DNA of 64,000 bases from positions 8,432,001 to 8,496,000 of the forward strand of contig OZ059894.1 of the NCBI GenBank assembly GCA_964057225.1. Reading direction: 5' to 3'. Origin of the DNA: Auanema rhodensis (Eukaryota; Animalia; Nematoda). The notes beneath the pieces were generated by a model. The model saw nothing but the letters and a program-made list of their open reading frames with translations, was not told the origin of the DNA and did not search any database. Position numbers and translations under genes: made by a program. Positions within the stretch are counted from its first letter, which is position 1, and every line of letters begins with the position of its first letter. Shown here piece after piece: positions 26,701 through 40,128 of the stretch.

Positions 26701-29688
26701 AGCTTCTCGATGTCTTTATAGCAATAGCAAGCTTAACCGTTTCATCATTCTGATCATAAGCAGTAAGAATCCGATTAAGTTTTCATTAACAAACATTTTT
26801 ATTTATGATTGTGCTATTCTCTTTTTATTTCTTGTTATCAGTCACATCAAATAAAATCTGATAGAAGCTGATGAGTTTTGCTCTCAAATCTATCAAGATG
26901 TCTCACTCTTTATGCGAACTCTACATCTCCTATACACTTTTGCATCTAGCTAATATAACTTGTGTTTCATCTCTATTTTATTCGTTCAGTTTATATTCCT
27001 TTTTTGATACTTATTTGAACAAAAGTATAGGTCTGATTACATCATTCGTTCAAAGAGTAATGTATACATACTGCTCGAAATGGAGCAAACAACGATGTGA
27101 TAGAACATATTATAATCTTGTCATCGTTAATAATACAAGAACTCATTAAAAATCTGAATAATATAATGAACTTTTTTATTTACAAACTTTTCTCGCTTCA
27201 CTTCATTCCATTAAAACTCAGCCAGAAATTGTAATTTCCTTGAAACTGTTTATACGAGCTGAAACTAACATTACCTTTTTATGACTTAATTATGGTTTCA
27301 AAATATATTTGAAGTTTATTCTTTGGACCACGTCACATTGATAATTAAATATCTTCAATTATTATATTTCTTGGAATATGAAAAACTTCAGATTCCACTT
27401 TGATTATCATACATATCCACAAAATATTTCATTTTCAATCCACATTCACTTTTCAAAGAACAATTAGAGCCATTTTCAATTTTTGCACAATATTCCATAT
27501 AGTTCGACAATTATGAAACAAACGAGATATCCGTTATATTTGACCAAATTTTATATTTTTTTTCAAAAAATCCAAGTAATCATATCTTTAGTTTTCATAA
27601 TTATCATAAACTATATCTAAAAGCACGTCATTGTAGGCGGTGTCCCACTGAAAGTTTCATAATTCTAAAAAACAATTGAACTTATAGAAATGGAAAAAAA
27701 TTATCAATGAAGTCACCATGAAGAATTTTATAATTTATATATATATATATAAGCTTCAATTTGTTTTCTATATTTCGTCAGAATCTCATACACATATTGA
27801 AAAAAGCAATCAGAAACAAATTATTGAGGAAATATACATATACAGATGTCTTTAATTAATATTGTATAAATTTATTTTAATAATTCATCATATTATACAT
27901 GATTTCCCTAAATATTTGAATAATTTCAGCTTTACAATAAAAAGGAACAAATTTGACGGAAACGCAACCGTTCTCTATTATTATTTAAATTCGAATAACT
28001 TATGATAACTTTAATGACGTAATTTTTGACGTGAAATTCTGATAATTTGAAGTTTTGAAGCATTAGTTTATCCAAAAATCATGAACTTATTAGTTAAAAT
28101 GATTCAGAATTTTTATCCCATTTCCTGCTGGAAATCGAACGAATTAACATCAATAGCTTTGTATAAACACATCAATTTCCTAAGATCATGATTCAGAACG
28201 TATATTATATGTTTTCAATAATCATATATTAATAAATGATTATAAACATATTAATACAATTTTTTTTATTAAGATTAACAGCAGTTTTTGGAATCAAACT
28301 AGCTCATCACATCCGCCTTTATTCAGTGTCCCATCTGATGGCAAATTGGAAACAAGCCTTTCGAGGTTGTCCTAGAATATTTGAGCTAATCTCTTCGTAT
28401 CCTATTCTTAGAATATTGTAGTTCAATCTTCCGGAAGGAAATTTTCTTAGTTTTCGTCCATACTTTATAACTGCTTTTTCTGTCAGACTTTAGCAATAAA
28501 ATACTTTTCCTTATCTTCTGAAATAAACGTCGAACTGTTCTCTCTCTCTCTTGCATATCCTTTCTATTTCATGCTCGCTTTTCTCATTCTTCTGAAAGCC
28601 GAATAACAAAAATGCAACACAGCAAAATGTTCTTTCTCGTATGCAGTTTACATTTATTTCTTGGATTCAATTGCAGAATCAAAATCGGTCACAATAGAGA
28701 TGACATACCATTTCAGAAAACATGAACGTTAGTAACAATATAGGAAGATGTGTTACTTTAAAGCTGAATAAAAGAAAAATCAGATGAAAAAACAAATCTT
28801 TGGCACAAAGAACACTCTCCTTAAGAGACAAACGTCACATATTAAAGATCATACATGAGCATCTGGCTTCAAGGGCATATAATTCTAATTAAATTCGTAC
28901 TTTTTTGGCAACTTTTTTTTTGAAAATCTGAATACAAATGAGAAAAATCACCTGCGTATGTAGATTTGAAGTCACAAAATGAAATATCTTGATGAAAAAG
29001 ATATTTTAATGATGAGAGGAAGAAGCTTTTGCATTGATAAAGAGCATGAATGTTGTGTGTATATTGTCATTTAATTTCCACTTCAAGTCATTTATATTTT
29101 CTGTACTTTTGAATATTTTCAAAAATCGTAAAAGAAGAAGAATAATCAAGAAGAATTCTATGGAAAAGGGCAATTGGACATTTTTCATATTTTGCGTTAA
29201 AAATGATTTGAAGCATGAAACTTTTGTAATTCTCTTAATAAGAACAAAAAATGAGATAACTGTGAAGAATAAATGTGTCCTCGAGATGTTCTCCTACAAA
29301 AACTGCAAAAAAAATTCTTAGCAGCATTATAATGAGCTAATCAACATGAAAGTCAATGTATTCTGTTGTTACAAAGAGTTTCAGCTATTCCCTCTCTGAA
29401 TAGAAATTTTGGTATTTCCTGTAGTAGGTTTTTAAATATAAACAATTTGTTTGCATCGTATCTTCCGGATTAATTCAAAGCTACATATCCGTTTAATTGA
29501 AATTTTTGATTTAATTCTTCTTTTTCTTTATATAATTAAGTTAACTATAGGTGTTTATTTACATTTTTATTTTAAATTATATTTCTCTTTATTCCTGGAT
29601 TCATTGATACATATATGTATGAACATGTATCATTGATGTAATATGCATGTCCTTTCTCGAATTTCATTCGTAAAATGTGTGTATCTAC

Positions 29689-29779
29689 ATATCTATATCT
29701 ATCTGTCTATCTATCTAACTACCTATATATATATGTATATATATATATTACATATATATATATATATATACATATATGT
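29689..29779. repeat. Compound (TATC)/(TA) microsatellite
   Basis: Visible TATC/CTAT and TA runs just upstream of flp-34 exon 1a. Confidence 0.7.
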
Positions 29780-29864
29780 AGTCTTGGAATTTTCTTATGC
29801 AACTTAATAATTTAATGCTATATCTTAACTTCTTTCAGGTAAAAAGCACATTTCTCATAGACAG

Positions 29865-32800
29865 ATGATACGTGAGCTACTTCTCTGCATTGTTCTCAGC
29901 AGCTTGGTCAGGTATGTGAATAAAAAAATATTCAAATTAAATGTATCATTACACCAACAACAAAAAATAAAATATTCTCTTAAATATATAATTTGTTTCG
30001 ATTTTGTCTATTTTTAACAAATAAAACCATCAAACAAAAAGATTTTTTTAAAATATTTTCCATTTCTATTTCTTACAGCATTTTTTAAAATTATTATGCT
30101 ATCATTCCGGCTCATAATTGTTCACAATGATATATGGAAGTAAAGAATTTTTGCCCATTAATCGTAACGATACCCATCAGAAATAACTTAAAAATGAATC
30201 ATAAATTAAATATACAGTAGCTTAAAGATTTGTTCAGCATCAAACATTTAATTAATTTCTTTATCAATTTTTTTAAGATGTCTTAATCATAGCTTCCGAT
30301 TTTCCTTTCATCCCTTTGGAACTCTACTTCTTACCCGTTCTCATTTCCGTTTTCTCACATTTGACTTTGATGGAATGAAGCTTCATGATGCAGTAATCTT
30401 CTTGAAATTTCCGTTTTCTTTCATAACGTATAGAAACTTCCGTTAACGAATAAATGATCTAAGAAAGTTCTCTAGTCTTTCACCAAAAATGTCAGTACTA
30501 GTAGAACAAAAAAAACTTTTTTTGCCTACTGGCAAGTTGCTTGGCTAAAAGAAATTTTTTTACCACATTTTAATTATATGGTACATGTGCTTAGCAATGC
30601 TGAAGTGCTGAGAAAGCTCATGAAGCTTTAAAAAGTTGAACATATATTTTCTTAGGCAGAAAGAATAAGTATGCCAAATACATAAATAAAATGTTTTTGA
30701 ATAAAATTAAAAATTCATAAAAAAAAATAAACAAATATATTATCCTATCAAGGAGGATTGTACATGTACGAGAAAACTTGTTTATTATTATTTTTCTTTT
30801 TAGCTTTTAGAAAATAATTTTTATTTTGATGACAGAAAAGATCATCCAGCCTTATCTCATAGTAAACGTTTGCTCATTGTTTCTAGAACGGGTTGTGGGT
30901 TGAATTCATTTTATTTCACTTTCTCACTCTAACTTCCCCCGCATTGTTCACCACGTGAACACGTCACTACGTAGATTCACGTGCCTGAATTTCGCCCAAT
31001 TCTTTCGCTGCTTACGTGAAGATCGGTTGACTCTATTTTCTTTCATTTAGTAGTTTATTTCGTTTTTTTAGTCATACGTTATGCGTTTTTCTGCCATACT
31101 TCAATGTTCTCTTCTTTTCTCTGTCTCTCTCATTCAATATCCCAAACTAAGCTCGGGGAAAAATTTCAGCTCCACCCCCTTCAAGTGTTCAAAAGGACCG
31201 TGAGTACATCAGAAAGCTCTAAGAGTATTATCTGAACAGTCGACTAACCAGCTCTCATTACGTGCTCCTAAGGGGCATATAGTTATTAGAAAGAAGGAAA
31301 ACTTTTCTTTCATTAATATATTGCAACTACTATGCAAACTGAATCATCATTTCTAGCTATTTTGATACTTGCTACTGTACTAGCTATGTAAGTTTATTTT
31401 TAATTTATCCTATTCATTCTTCCTTCTATATATCTTATGATTTTAAAATATAAAATATCATTTTCAAACAAATTGTTTGATCCAAATAATTCGAATGCAA
31501 GGCTTGAGTTCATTAGAACTTAATCTGTAGTTCATTATCAATGACTCAGCAATGCGTTTTGTAGTACATTACACCTTATTAACATCAACTCATGAATTGT
31601 TCATCGTTAAACATTGATCACGTGCTACTATCACATCAGAAATCTTTAAAGGAATGAAGGAATTTTGAGAAAGTTTTCTTTTCACATTCCTATTAATCAG
31701 CAATTAATGATAAAACTGTGAAATTAGATGTTGTTCATTTGATCTTTTAGTCCTACTAAACATGGAGAAAACAAGTAAAAAGTTTAAACTTCAGCGAATA
31801 TTCTTTTTTTTTTTTATTATTTCGAAATGATTTATTTGAAAGTGAAACAATGTTCATTTTATACTTTTTTTAGTTCATTAACTAACTATAGAACTAATTT
31901 GTAGCATACATTCATTTGAAATTTTAAAAAATTTAGAATGAATACAAAGATTAAAAGTTCTAAAAATCATTTGTATAGTCTATCGTTATTCATGAACATC
32001 AATGAATTAATTTGGCTTCTCATAGATTAACATATTTTAATCAAATGAATAAAACAATAGATTATAGCTATATAGAGAAACTTGATAAGGTTAAGCTTTC
32101 AAATGTTTTTCAATCAACAGTTAAGTAATTCTCCCGATTTTTAGTGGTTTCGGCTATGAAAAGAAAAGCGATTTTGGCAATTTCGCATCAGCTTTGAAGG
32201 ACGCCGGACGATTACGTTATGGAAAACGGAGTGTTTGGCAAGATTCAATGATTGAAGCCAGGTTTGTTATGGTTTCTATATACATTAGATTAATTTGAGT
32301 ATTAGGAAGTGAGATGTGTGCATATATTCAGATATTGCTCTTCAGACTATTATTGAAAACTTTTTTGGGAAACCTGATTAAATGCCTGTTCGCTCAATTG
32401 TGAATTAAGCTAATCGCCTACGCAATTTTCTTATTTTTATTGTGATCGTGAAATTTTGCGCTGGAGCTACATATCTGAATAAGCATTTAGAAAGCGAAAA
32501 ACGAGGATGAATTGTGTTATAAGGGGGTGGGTACTTGATCATGCAATTGTCTTTGACTGTGAAGGAATAACGTTGAACATATTTCTCGAATATGTATCTA
32601 TTTTTTTGATGAATTCATGCATTTTTTGATTATTGAAATCTTGTATCGAAACAAGCAATCTGAATAGCTGTAAGTGACATAAATGGTCTAAGAACAGAAA
32701 ACAAGTCAAAGCAAAAACAGAAATTAGTAATTTAATATATAATATATGCATACCAACATGAGCATGAATATGAGATGAGAATAATGATTCTGCAGTTGTT

Positions 32801-33171
32801 CTTTCTCTCTACATTCATTTCATTTCAGTGATCCCATCTACAGTTCAGACTATAATTGGATAAGCGACAGCATGTATCCATAGTAAGTTGAAGCATTGGT
32901 TTATGAAAAAACAACAACGCAGTTTTTTGTTCTTTTACAAAATAAAATAAAAAATTCAATGAAAAAAAAATTGAAAACGTATAAGTACAAAAAGCAAAGA
33001 TATCCCTGTTTTTAGTGTAAAACGAACACCATCAACAAACAAGCTGATTCAATCTTTGAAGGGCGCTGAACGATTAAGGTAATCCGAAAAAAATACTATT
33101 TTTTCTAATTGAAAAAAAATCATTAATAGATAATATAATTATTTGTATTTTGCAGGTTTGGACGAAAATAG
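29865..33171 (+). CDS. flp-34: FMRFamide-like (NPF-like) neuropeptide precursor FLP-34
   Basis: Signal exon, then KK-SDFGNFASALKDAGRLRYG-KR and KR-TPSTNKLIQSLKGAERLRFG-RK*. These match the two FLP-34 peptide endings, AGRLRYa and AERLRFa. Confidence 0.93.
31332..31387 (+). CDS. flp-34: Alternative first (signal peptide) exon of flp-34
   Basis: MQTESSFLAILILATVLA+at|GTAAGT. Phase 2, the same as exon 29865-29911, and in frame with the shared peptide exon at ~32145. Confidence 0.7.
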
Positions 33172-33735
33172 ATGGTCTTGTTCCAACTATTTTTAAATAA
33201 CTAGAACCGTCATCTTTCCTGACTTTTAGCATGGATATGGATGCTTTGATGATACATCATCATTAGTTCGCGTCATCAAACTGTCACCTTGATTCTCTTA
33301 TAAATTCCAATAAATGCTTTCTTGCTGAGATTATCTTATGCCACTTTTCGGTATTCCATCTCACATTACAATGCATAATAATGGGTTAAACAACGTTTTC
33401 CTTCATATAATTTGATAAATTTATGTTCCAAGAACGATCTTCATTTTTTTAATTTTAATTTGTTTCTACACAATATGATAATCATTGATGTTATAATGTT
33501 ACAAATTATGGCAACAAGTGTCTCTATATAACTAGCTGATTGCCTAGATGCACTTTCAGATTCACGTGAGATTTCGTTTCGTCAAGCAGCATACGTTTTT
33601 TCATTTCTAGTACAAACTTCCTGATCACTTATTGAATTTAAAATCTAAATAACTTCCTATTCAATCAAACTATAAAATCTTGTATAATACATTTTTATTA
33701 TAAAATGTTTTTGAAGAATATATTTTTCAAATAAA

Positions 33736-34748
33736 TTAAATGTTTCTATATCCTCCAGTTTTTGGTGGCTGATTAGCAGCTTCCTCAGCACGGTCTGGAC
33801 AGCTACAGTACTCAGCGTCCTTTCCTGGACGTCCTTCTGGTCCTTGTTCTCCTGATACACCATCAGATCCAGATGGTCCTTGAAGACCTTGATCTCCTGG
33901 TGGTCCACGTGGTCCAGGCTCTCCTGGTGGTCCGTAAAGTCCGTTAGCTCCTGGAGGTCCTTGTAATCCAGATTCACCAGTAGCTCCCTTTGGTCCTGGA
34001 CGTCCGATTGGATGCTCAGCATCACGTCCCTTCTCTCCTGGTGGTCCTGGTTCTCCGATTTGACCGATTGGTCCTGATGGTCCTTGCTCTCCTGGGTGTC
34101 CTGGAGTTCCATCACGTCCTGAGTTTCCATCGTGTCCCTTTGGTCCAACAAGTCCACGTGGTCCTGGACGTCCAAGAGCTCCTGGTGGTCCTGGTGGGCC
34201 AATTGGGCAATGGAAGCATCCGATGCTGTCTTGTTGTGGAGCGATATCGGTAGCATCACGTCCTGGCTTTCCGTCTTGTCCTGGGATTCCATCAGGTCCA
34301 GGAGTTCCAGAAACTCCCTTTGGTCCAACTGGTCCAGCTGGGCACTTGTTATCAGCTTGACAGTTGCAAGTTGGTCCAGCTCCGTTTGGTCCTGGATTTT
34401 GAGCAAAAACTGGTGGAACGGATGGTGGGCTGCCTGGTGGAACAGCTGGACGTCCATCTTCAGTTGGTCTGCTTGGGTTACTCTCAGAGTCGTATTGACG
34501 GCGGACACGCTTAGCTGAAGTGCTGATAAACAGGATATCGCGCCAGAGATCATCAGTAGCAACCTAAAGATATACAATTAAACGTTTACTGTGAGTCATT
34601 AATGTACCTTGAATCCTCCCATCTCATGTTCAAGCTCAACCCAGAATCCGTTGACGTCAGAGTGAATTCCACTCATGGCAACAAGACAAATAATAAGAGT
34701 AACGGCCGAAACCGAAGAAGCCACAAAGGTGGCAGTCTGAACTTTCAT
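33736..34748 (-). CDS. Nematode cuticle collagen
   Basis: Col_cuticle_N-type N-terminus (MKVQTATFVASSVSAVTLIICLVAM...DDLWRDI), RVRR cleavage site, CNC...CPAGP, Gly-X-Y blocks and DAEYCSCPDR; ends GYRNI*. TATA at ~34953-34961. Confidence 0.96.
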
Positions 34749-36571
34749 TCTGGAAATAAGAAAATTACAAATAAAATTCAAAACTTATAAGAAAATTCTA
34801 AGAAAATTTCACTCTTTCATGAGAAAAATATTGAAAAATGCGTCAAGAAAACATGTGAGAAAGAATGAAACTTAATTTAAAACGAATAATTGAATGAACT
34901 AGCTTACCTTAAGGAGAACTCAGCCAAGACTAGGTATGATCCACAAAATGTTCTTTATATACCCTCATTTAGGACGAAGGATTGGACCGAAAAGTTCGTA
35001 GCTTTTAAGAAATTCTCACTTTTATGAGACTATATGAGATTTTGAGAGCGCGCAAGACATCAAAAAACTGGCTAAACCTTGAAGATCCGGTGATGATCTC
35101 GGACGTATTGCCTTTAATTTCTTTCTTTGTCTTTTTTAGAGATGAAATGGCCATTTCATAAAGATTCAAAGAAATGAAATGAAAATTTGACAATTTTTTT
35201 ATAAAAAAATATTTTGTTGGCATCAAATCCAGTAAATACTTATATAAAATACAACAACTTGAATAGATTATGCTGTATGACAGCATTAAATTTAAATAAC
35301 AAACTTGTTCAACAAAATGAGTTCTAAACGTTCAAATCTTATGAAATTTCTAAAAACTTATTTTCTCATATATGTATAAATAAATTTTCAATCTTATATC
35401 ATCATATTATAAGAGGTCATTGCCTGAATTGTTAGACTCAGGTACGAATACAACCTCATGACGTGATCTCGTGACCACAAAAGGGAAAGTGAAAGTATGA
35501 AATATCATCGGGAGAAAGATCTATTATCTACTTTTTTCTATTCTACAGTAAAACCACATTTTATTAAAATATTTCACTGTAAACAAGTTGTTGAACATCT
35601 GTATCAAGTAACATGTGCTTTTGAATATGGAAAACTTCTATTACTTTAATGATTTCGTTGAATTAAATATTAAACTTTTTTCACATTTAAAAGAAATTTC
35701 AATTTACTTTATAACTTGTGGATCATATATTGAACAACAGATTCATAATAGTTAATTTATCCTTTTTTGTATTTATACATATGTATACTATACTATCATA
35801 CTAAAAAAGAACATAGAACTGATAAAACTTACCTTACAAACAGTGAACTTTTTGATTGTTTGATGCTTAGATGATTTAAAACAATTGTAAATTAGTTTTT
35901 TTATCTCATAAAAAAATGCTAAGAAGTGAAAATGGACAAACTGACACAATCTTTCACAATTTGATGAGAAACATACTGTTTTTCTTCAATAGAGCTTGGT
36001 TCAAACATTGAGGAATCATGTTGCCAATCATATTAAATAGATGAATTTCCAGCATCGTGTATGTTATTCAATCTCTGTAACTCTGTATATACTAATTTGT
36101 TCAGGTTAGTCTTGAGCGTCTCTAACTACCTCTTATTGATAGTTCAAATGAAGAGTTTCATGCTCAAGTAAAGCTCACCTCAAACTTTCAGATGATGCGC
36201 TATCATTTACTGTAGTTTTCAAAACTAATTGTCAGTTTTCAATTGATCTGAGTTTAGTAATGATTGCCAGAAAATACAAAACGTATGATGTTAATGATTA
36301 GTACAATCTCAAATTGTAGACATGTGGTGTATATTTAGACATAAATATATTTTCAAAATATTCTTTATCACTTAAGGTTTCTTCAAATAACAGATAAGGG
36401 TTTTCTATAAAAATAAGTATTGTTCCTTTTCATTCATTCAATTGTTTTCATGTAAATTTTAACTTTTAACCAATTTCTTTTTATACTTACTTGCTCACTT
36501 TCAATAATCTTTCATTATAAGTTGATATTTGTATTTGATAGATTGATAAAATACAAATTCTATCATTTGCT

Positions 36572-36801
36572 ATGTCGGACTTCCCAAAATCCTATAACAA
36601 CGATCGCAATGCTGGTAAAGAATGGAATGAGAAAAAAGAAGAAAAGAAGGTAATAGAAAGATTTCAGAATAAGCTTTTCTGTTGATTCTCAAAATTTTTT
36701 TTTTAAATATTAATTTACAATATTATATTTTTATATTTCAGATCACGGAGAAAGAAATGAAAAAGTTTTTTTCAACAAAACGATTTGTTCATGTTTTGTA
36801 A
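36572..36801 (+). CDS. Putative 45-aa charged micro-protein, 2 exons
   Basis: MSDFPKSYNNDRNAGKEWNEKKEEKK|ITEKEMKKFFSTKRFVHVL*. AAG|GTAATA donor, TTTCAG acceptor, and AATAAA overlapping the stop. Confidence 0.55.
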
Positions 36802-37308
36802 TAAAGCATTTTAACAAAAAAAAGTTAAAATATTATTTGAACTTTATATTTTTCTTTTCTTTGTACTTAATCTCATATACTCATGTAGATAATTAAACTC
36901 GCTCTGGATTCAATAATGTTTTCAATTATTTTTTCTGTTTCAAAGTAAGAATAAACATTCAACATGAGAATCAGATTTTGTATTTTTATAAATTAGATGC
37001 AGTTGAATACTTACATACCTTGTGAGCTTTTATTAAGTGCTCGAAATAAGATATAACTGAAGCCATTTGATAATATGTACTTGTATTACAAACTTGAAAG
37101 TTTTCAAAGCTTTATAACCACCATTTGAAGAATTATTATTTTCAAAAATATTTATTTTCGAAAAAAAAAAGAAAAAGAAGCAGAAATTACATAATATTGC
37201 AGAAAATTCCCGTTATGTACATACATACACATTGAACTATTAATGTAACAGTGATAATGAAATACAAAATACATTAAAGTTAATTTTTCATATAAAATTG
37301 GCTTTTAT

Positions 37309-37819
37309 TCAGTATAATGAAAGAAGTGGACAGGAAGTCTCATTCGTATACGTAGATATACTGGATGCGTGACAAACAGGTTCTTGCTCTTGGAGAACGG
37401 CATTCAAAAGAATAGACGGGCGTCCGATAGCGTAATCCAGACTCACCCACTGAAAACAGAAAACTGTTTGTTATTTTCGTGTTAACGGTAAAATAAATTA
37501 ATTTTTTTATCAAAAATTATTCTATTTGAAAAACAAAAATGAAATCCACTTACAGATGGCTGGACAATCATGCAGAAAGCGGATGAGATGAGAACAACGA
37601 GAATAACAAGCTTGAACCTGTAATTGTGATGAAATTTTAAAAAATTCCTTTTTCAGGCTAGATTATCTGCAGTTGCTTTCTAATAACAAATCTCATAAAA
37701 AGTTGACAAATGATAGAATTTAAGCATGATCGTTATGAATAACATAACAATTTAATTTAGAAGATTATGAGTTCTTCACATTTCATCAGACAAATTTTAA
37801 ATAAAAAAAGAACTCACAT
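37309..37819 (-). CDS. Small secreted protein (~68 aa) with start codon split by an intron
   Basis: AT|GTGAGT ... TACAG|G TTC AAG gives MFKLVILVVLISSAFC-MIVQPS|WVSLDYAIGRPSILLNAVLQEQEPVCHASSISTYTNETSCPLLSLY*. TATATA at ~37901-37906; AATAAA overlaps the stop. Confidence 0.65.
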
Positions 37820-39678
37820 GGCACTCAGTCGAAACAAAATACAGAGTGAGTTGCTTCAGGCGGTTTGAAGGAAGCGGAAGGCGGGACAGGCTGAGGTGCC
37901 TATATATTCCGGTTCAGGACCGCTGAGCAAACAGAAACGCTAACCGGATTTTGCTCAACGTGCCCTCAGGGAACAGTTCATTGTTAAGACAAAACGACAG
38001 AGTTTCGATTGTTGGGACGGTTTTTCGCTATCTAAAGCTTTGGTGAAGCTAACATTAGACAACTGAAGCTGTCAATTGAAATAATATCCACGAGGAGGGG
38101 GGGTGGGGGTCATGGGTAGAAATAAATCTTTTGAAATCTTGTTTTTGTCTAATTTTAGAAGAATACGAATAGTTGTTCAGATTATTATAATTAATTAAAA
38201 GATTAGAACATAACCACAATCTAAGATCTGAGGTTCCACCATACTTTGGAAATATGAAACAAGAAATTTATAATCAAATAATTTTTTTCTGTATACCGAA
38301 GATCGATATACTAAGTTTGACCAAATCAGTTTTTTTTTGCGTCCACCTACTCAAACTTGAAACTTGTGTTTTGAGTAAAAGAAATTTGAATTTAAAAAAT
38401 ATATTTTATGATTGAAGAAAAATAAATTGTTTCTCAAAATCTTGTTCTTGTTCTGCTCACTTTCAATGTTTTTGCTGCAAAGAAGAACACAAATTATGAA
38501 TTGTTTGATAAAATGATTTAAGTGAATTCACGTTTTCATCTGTTGTACGCTAATAGCTTAATGAGCTTGAGTTTCTAGCCAGCTACACAGTGCCGTTTTC
38601 CGGTTGCGTGTATTCAGTGGTCTTCTTCCTTCAATTTTTGAACAGCTTCAACAGTTTTTTCCAAAACTCTCCGGTTCATTCTTGACAATTAGTCTGTTCT
38701 GACAACATATTTGCCACATATTTCGTTCTGCTTTTATGTTCTTACTTATAGAAACTATAGAAAAACTTATCAACTTGATTATCAAAGTTGTTAATTTGAT
38801 TGTTGTGAATGGAGAATTCGTTCATTTTTCCTTTTTTTTCAAACTTATCTTTTTTGATTTGATTATGATGTTTCCCTCGAATGTTGTGACAATCTCAAGA
38901 AATATTTGTCTTCTTATAAAAATCTTTTGTTAAACCATTTACATGTTCAAGGTTAATTTTGATAATCAAGTGGACGGTTTGTAAAAATTTCTTGTTTTTC
39001 AATTCATTTCTATTTTCATTATCTTATATACTTATAATGTATAATATACATATATATATATATATTCAGCTTTTTGGCATAGTTTATAAAACCTGTTCAT
39101 CATTTTTCTCTTCAAACTCATCATTCTCTTTTCTTCAGTTACGTCACCATATGACACTGTTGCCCACCATCAACCCCCTCTCTCTTCAATTTCCACATAT
39201 GACGAGACGATTATTCGTGTGTTGTCCTTCTACTCTCTGCCTACCAGTTTAGCTGTCGCTTTTTTCCTCTGATTTAGAAGAATCATGCTTTTTCTCCGTT
39301 GATTTTATCGTAAAAAAGCCATCGAATGCATGTATAGTCAGTTGTGGTCACAACAATCTCTGAACACTATGCTTCAATGAATTGTCTCTGAGACGATTTG
39401 TTGTTCGTACTTGCACAGCTAAGAGTAATCCTGAGTTCATTATACTTTTCACAGTTTTACTCAGTTTTCTTTTCGATAAATTTTAATATTTGCACATATT
39501 CTATCAGCTCACCTGTTTCTTTTTACAAACAATCACGCTGCTGCTGCCAGCTCTATCATCAACCCCACTCGATCAATCAAAAATTTTTTTTCACTTTTAG
39601 CATTTAATTCCTTTATAATTTTCTTGGCAATAGTTGTTTTAATCTTTCTTCTTTATTTTATTATATTCATTTAAAGGC

Positions 39679-40128
39679 ATGGCTGGTGGTTTTTTTGTCG
39701 GAATTCGTTTGCAGGTAGATAATGTGTATGTTAGTCCAACAGTTGAACGACCTTCGACTGGGGTGAGTGGGCTTTATTTCATCTGATTATTCTTTTTTTT
39801 TCTTTTTGTCAGCTGTTTAATGTGATACCCCTTTGTGTGGTATTTTTTTTAATTTAGACGCTTAAACTCAAATGACGTCAAACTTTAAGTTCAATTTCAT
39901 TTTTGATTTTATGAAGCTAAAGATCGGTTGTTCGTTGAGTCATTTTTCAAAAAAAACTTTACTTTAAAAACTTTTTTTAAAATTTCAAAGTTCAATGTTT
40001 GTTTTTTTTTCATTTTAAGTTTCTGCAACAAACAACTATATTTCCATTTTTAGTGGCTCTATGGAAACGGAAGCTTTCTATCTTCTCCACGGCGTATGGT
40101 TCCCTACTACATGAACACCTCTAGACGA
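39679..40128 (+). CDS. Orphan 5' coding exons (GPCR N-terminal extension or a separate gene)
   Basis: Exon 39679-39762 (MAGGFFVGIRLQVDNVYVSPTVERPSTG|GTGAGT) joins in frame to an exon from 40054 (WLYGNGSFLSSPR...). The downstream connection is ambiguous. Confidence 0.4.

Noticed and set aside
19200-29800. Short hydrophobic ORFs in the long AT-rich interval
   Set aside because: F/I/L/K-rich composition typical of random AT-rich DNA, with no splice-consistent chains.
33657-34577. 306-aa minus-strand ORF and overlapping plus-strand ORFs
   Set aside because: These are off-frame and antisense shadows of the Gly-X-Y collagen exon.
38528-38610. CGGTTGCG at 38600 as another copy of the dispersed element
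   Set aside because: It lacks the TGAnGA half and the nearest ACGT is ~66 nt away, so I left it out of the count.
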